Origin: Scyliorhinus canicula
Lineage: Eukaryota
Assembly: GCF_902713615.1 (NCBI RefSeq)
Contig: NW_024056025.1
Coordinates: 584,657-648,656 of the forward strand
Reading direction: 5' to 3'
DNA: 64,000 nucleotides
Made by a program: the position numbers and the translations under genes. Positions 60,314-64,000 of this stretch are shown here, one piece after another. Each line of letters starts with the position of its first letter. Within the stretch, counting starts at the first letter, position 1. Under the pieces are notes generated by a model. The model was given only the letters and a program-made list of their open reading frames with translations. It did not search any database and had not been told where the DNA came from.

Positions 60314-60622
60314 CAGACGCGGTGATGTTGTGACTTTGGGTGACCGCTTGATGAGTGACCTGGCAGGTATAGACCGCTTTGCTGAACCATTCCCCAGCGG
60401 AGACTGTCAGCCGACTGCTCGCCGAGAAGTTCCCGTTCACTTCACAGGCGGGAGAGGTGACAATTCCTGAACCCATGGGTTGTCCATTCTTCAGCCACTT
60501 CACCGTGATTGAATTTGGCTGGAAATCGTTAATTGAACAGACGATGGTTGCAAATTTCTGTCTTGTGATTTCTTCACTAGAACTCACGGTGAGGAGAACA
60601 TTTGGAGCATAAATTCTGGGAC
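60314..60622 (-). CDS. IGHM: Immunoglobulin mu heavy chain CH2 exon
   Basis: [10 protein letters not shown]...[10 protein letters not shown]...WLKNG...YTCQVTH; AG/GT borders, 309 bp, frame preserved. Confidence 0.95.
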
Positions 60623-60829
60623 CTTCAAGAAACACAATGAGATATTTCTTGCAGAAGAAATTGATGAAAAAAATGAGTTCATATGCTTTAAAACATGTTT
60701 GTGGTCAATAGACACAAAGCTTGATTTTCCAGGGATCAGAAATATGCAGAGTATTAAAATTAGTTATATCCAAGACCCTATACAAGATAATCATAGGTTT
60801 CTAATTCTCACAGATTCCACAACACTTAC

Positions 60830-61129
60830 ATGTCATTCCAATGCTCTTGGCTGAGCCGCTGTGTCGAACCTCACAGCTGATTTTGCTGCATTCCCCCTCT
60901 GACTCGGTGATGGTTAACTGGCTGCTCAGGGTGTAGGTTCCCTTCTTGTTTCTCACTGACGGGTATTTCTTAACTCCAGTGTCGATCAGCTGCCCATCTT
61001 TCTTCCAGGTAAGGCTGGTGATTTCTGGGGAGTAGTCCATCGCCAAACAGCCGAAGGTCACGGAGCCGTCGGTGTTGTGTTGCTGGCAGGAGGAGACCAG
61101 GCTGTAGAGAGTGGGCGGAGACGGTGTCG
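60830..61129 (-). CDS. IGHM: Immunoglobulin mu heavy chain CH1 exon
   Basis: (A)[14 protein letters not shown]...GCLAMDYSP...WKKDG...YTLSSQLTI...CEVRH. C1-set Ig domain of shark IgM type; canonical AG/GT borders, 300 bp. Confidence 0.95.
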
Positions 61130-61641
61130 CTGGGAGAGAATGACCCATTCAACAAGTTAGACTCTGGGATTGTATTTATTCAGTAACCAAACATTTCAAA
61201 ATTTGACGAGAACTATGTGTTTATTCCAACATTTTCCTAACAAATGCTACATCCACATTTCAACTTCTATTAGTTCTATCATTTGAGAACCAACACCTGT
61301 TTACCCCTCATTAGAAACTCACATCTTTCTCCGTCTCTATCACAAAAAAACAACATTTTGATGTAATCTGAATGATGTAATTTGCATTGGATTGAAAGCG
61401 AAAGCGAAGAGCGGATGATTTTCCCCATTATGTCAGCCATTACGTAAAACAAAATGTAATGTCCCATAGACCCGGAGTCTGCTCTCTCCTTTTGAGAGCT
61501 GACTGGTGGTGATTTAACCTGAGGGTCACCGCACCTCAGGCCAGGGCAAAGGTTGAGAATGGGGGTCTTTATGAATAACCTCAGCCGGTACAGCAATTGA
61601 ACCCACGCTGCTGGGATTGATCTTCATCACGAACCAGCCGC

Positions 61642-62261
61642 CCAGCTGACTGAGCCGTGTACGTCACAATCCAGCTCACTGAGCTGTGTACGTCACAATC
61701 CAGCAAACTGAGCTGTGTACGTCACAATCCAGCAAACTGAGCTGTGTACGTCACAATCCAGCTAACTGAGCTGTGTACGTCACAATCCAGCTAACTGAGC
61801 TGTGTACGTCAAAGTCCAGCTATATGAGCTGTGTACGTCACAATCCAGCTGACTGAGTTGTGTACGTCACAATCCAGCTGACTGAGCTGTGTACGTCACA
61901 ATCCAGTTGACTGCGCTGTGTACGTCACAATCCAGCTAACTGAGCTGTGTACGTCACAATCCAGCAAACTGAGCTGTGTACGTCACAATCCAGCTAACTG
62001 AGCTGTGTACGTCACAATCCAGCTAACTGAGCTGTGTACGTCAAAGTCCAGCTAGATGAGCTGTGTACGTCACAGTCCAGCTGACTGAGCTGTGAACGTC
62101 ACAATCCAGCTGACTGAGTTGTGAACGTCACAATCCAGTTGACTGAGTTGTGTACGTCACAATCCAGCTGACTGAGCTGTGTACGTCACAATCCAGTTGA
62201 CTGCGCTGTGTACGTCACAATCCAGCTAACTGAGCTGTGTACGTCACAATCCAGCTAACTG
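61642..62261. repeat. 29-bp AGCT-rich minisatellite (about 21 units) 5' of CH1
   Basis: Unit ctgagctgtgtacgtcacaatccagctaa. Confidence 0.95.
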
Positions 62262-62989
62262 AATGCACATTTATATAATTACAATAAAACTACATTTGAG
62301 TAATTGCAACAGTCTCTAATTTTAGGACCCTGCACATTAACAGCAGGAGGCGGCCATTCGGTCTGTCGAGTCTCCTCCCCATTCAATAAGCTCCTGCCTG
62401 TGTTGATTGTGCAGTTAATTTCACATTCCGCCTGTCACTGACACCGGGCTGTCTGCAATCCCCCCGCACCCCGCCCCGCGCTCCCTGTGCCGTTCCCGCT
62501 GGATTTCTGTACCTTTCTCCTGGTCCCTTCACTTTCTTTTAGCTCTCTGCTCTTTTTCACGGCTCTCTGCGCTTTCCTCCGCATCTCTGCACTTTCTCTC
62601 GACTCTGCATTGTCTTCCTGCTCTTTGTGTTTTGCCCATGTGTGCTGCACTTTTCCCAGTTCATTGTGCTTTTCCCGGTTCCTGGCATTTTGTGCGGGCT
62701 TTCTGAGCTTTTCACCAGCACGGTTCGCTTTACCCCGATTCTTATCGCTTATGACCCACTCCATGGATTTCCCTCCGGCTCTCTGCTACTCCACCGGCTC
62801 TCTGCGCCTTCCCCCGGTTCTCTGCTCCTTCCCCCGGCTGTCTGCACTTTCCTCCGGCTCCCGGCAATCCCGTGTCATGCAGCCACAATCGGGCGCCACT
62901 CGTCATCAGCTTCGTTCCAGTTCTCCATTCCTCCCCCGTTGCAGACGCTCCCGTGCCCATTTCCTGAGCATCAGTGAGAGAGGATGTGT

Positions 62990-64000
62990 GAGTAAGTGAG
63001 GAGGGTAGGAGTGTGAGTGTGGGTGAGTGAGTGAGTGAGGGTAGGAGAGTGCGGGTGAGTGAGTGAGGGTAGGAGAGTGAGTGTGGGTGAGTGAGTAACT
63101 GAGTGAGGGTAGGAGAGTGAGTGCAGTTGAGTGAGTAACTGAGTGAGGATAGGAGAGTGAGTGAGTAACTGAGTGAGGTTGGGAGAGTGAGTGCGGTTGA
63201 GTGAGTAACTGAGTGAGGATAGGAGAGTGAGTGAGTAACTGAGTGAGGGTGGGAGAGTGAGTGCGCGTGAGTGAGTAACTGAGTGAAGATAGGAGAGTGA
63301 GTGCGGGTGAGTGAGTAACTGAGTGAGGGTAGGAGAGTGAGCGTGGGTGAGTGGGTAACTGAGTGAGGGTAGGAGAGTGAAGGTGGGTGAGTGAGTAACT
63401 GTGTGAGGATAGGAGAGTGAATGCGGGTGAGTGAGTAACTGAGTGAGGGTAGGAGAGTGAGTGTGGGTGAGTGGGTAACTGAGTGAGGGTAGGAGAGTGA
63501 GTGTGGGTGAGTGAGTAACTGAGTGAGGGTAGGGGAGTGACTGTGGGTGAGTGGGTAACTGAGTGAAGGTAGGAGAGTGAGTGCGGCTGAGTGAGTAACA
63601 GAGTGAGGATAGGAGAGTGAGTGTGGGTGAGTGGGTAACTGAGTGAGGGTAGGAGAGTGAGTGTGGGTGAGTGGGTAACTGAGTGAGGGTAGGAGAGTGA
63701 GTGCAGGTGCGTGAGTAACTGAGTGAAGATAGGAGAGTGAGTGCGGGTGAGTGAGTAACTGAGTGAGGGTAGAAGAGTGAGTGTGGGTGAGTGGGTAACT
63801 GAGTGAGGGTAGGAGAATGAGTGCGGGTGAGTGAGTAACTGAATGAAGGTAGGAGAGTGAGTGTGGGTGAGTGAGTAACTGAGTGAGGGTAGGAGAGTGA
63901 GTGCGGGTGAGTGAGTAACTGAGTGAGGGTAGGAGAGTGAGTGCGGTTGAGTGAGTAACTTAGTGAGGGTAGGAGAATGAGTGCTGGTGAGTGAGTACCT
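62990..64000. repeat. 40-bp GA/GT-rich minisatellite running off the window end
   Basis: Unit gtgagtgagtaactgagtgagggtaggagagtgagtgcgg. Confidence 0.95.

Noticed and set aside
61642-62261. CRISPR-like appearance of the 29-, 30- and 39-bp arrays
   Set aside because: Head-to-tail repeats with no unique spacers, no cas genes, and a vertebrate genome.
62435-62999. Hydrophobic 170-aa ORF and overlapping ORFs
   Set aside because: Pyrimidine-rich low-complexity sequence, open in several frames, with no recognisable domain.
61130-64000. JH segment or recombination signal sequences
   Set aside because: I found no WGxG-coding segment with a heptamer/nonamer on the minus strand; V, D and J probably lie beyond the window.

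Overview
Repeat-rich vertebrate genomic DNA from a cartilaginous fish. The IgM sequence and SINE families point to a shark, probably catshark-like; the species is an inference. Three layers are visible. (1) 0.5-53 kb: a KRAB-less C2H2 zinc-finger gene field built from one repeated promoter/intron/ZNF-exon cassette (five finger arrays and three truncated copies), riddled with tRNA-derived SINEs, L1/Tx1, CR1, L2 and Penelope fragments and minisatellites. (2) 41127-49776: a very young 8.65 kb proviral LTR element. It has 986-bp LTRs that differ at one base by my reading, a 4-bp TSD, a tRNA-Arg PBS and a spumavirus-like RT with tether plus RNase H. Gag is deleted and frameshifted, there is an in-frame UGA between gag and pol, and there is no env. 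The env position instead holds a 114-aa small single-pass membrane protein with FAST-fusogen-like architecture, which is the best candidate for an undescribed system. (3) 53670-61129, minus strand: the complete constant region of a shark IgM heavy-chain gene (CH1-CH4, secretory tail, TM1, TM2). AGCT-rich and strand-asymmetric tandem arrays lie in the presumed J-C intron; the V, D and J segments lie outside the window.
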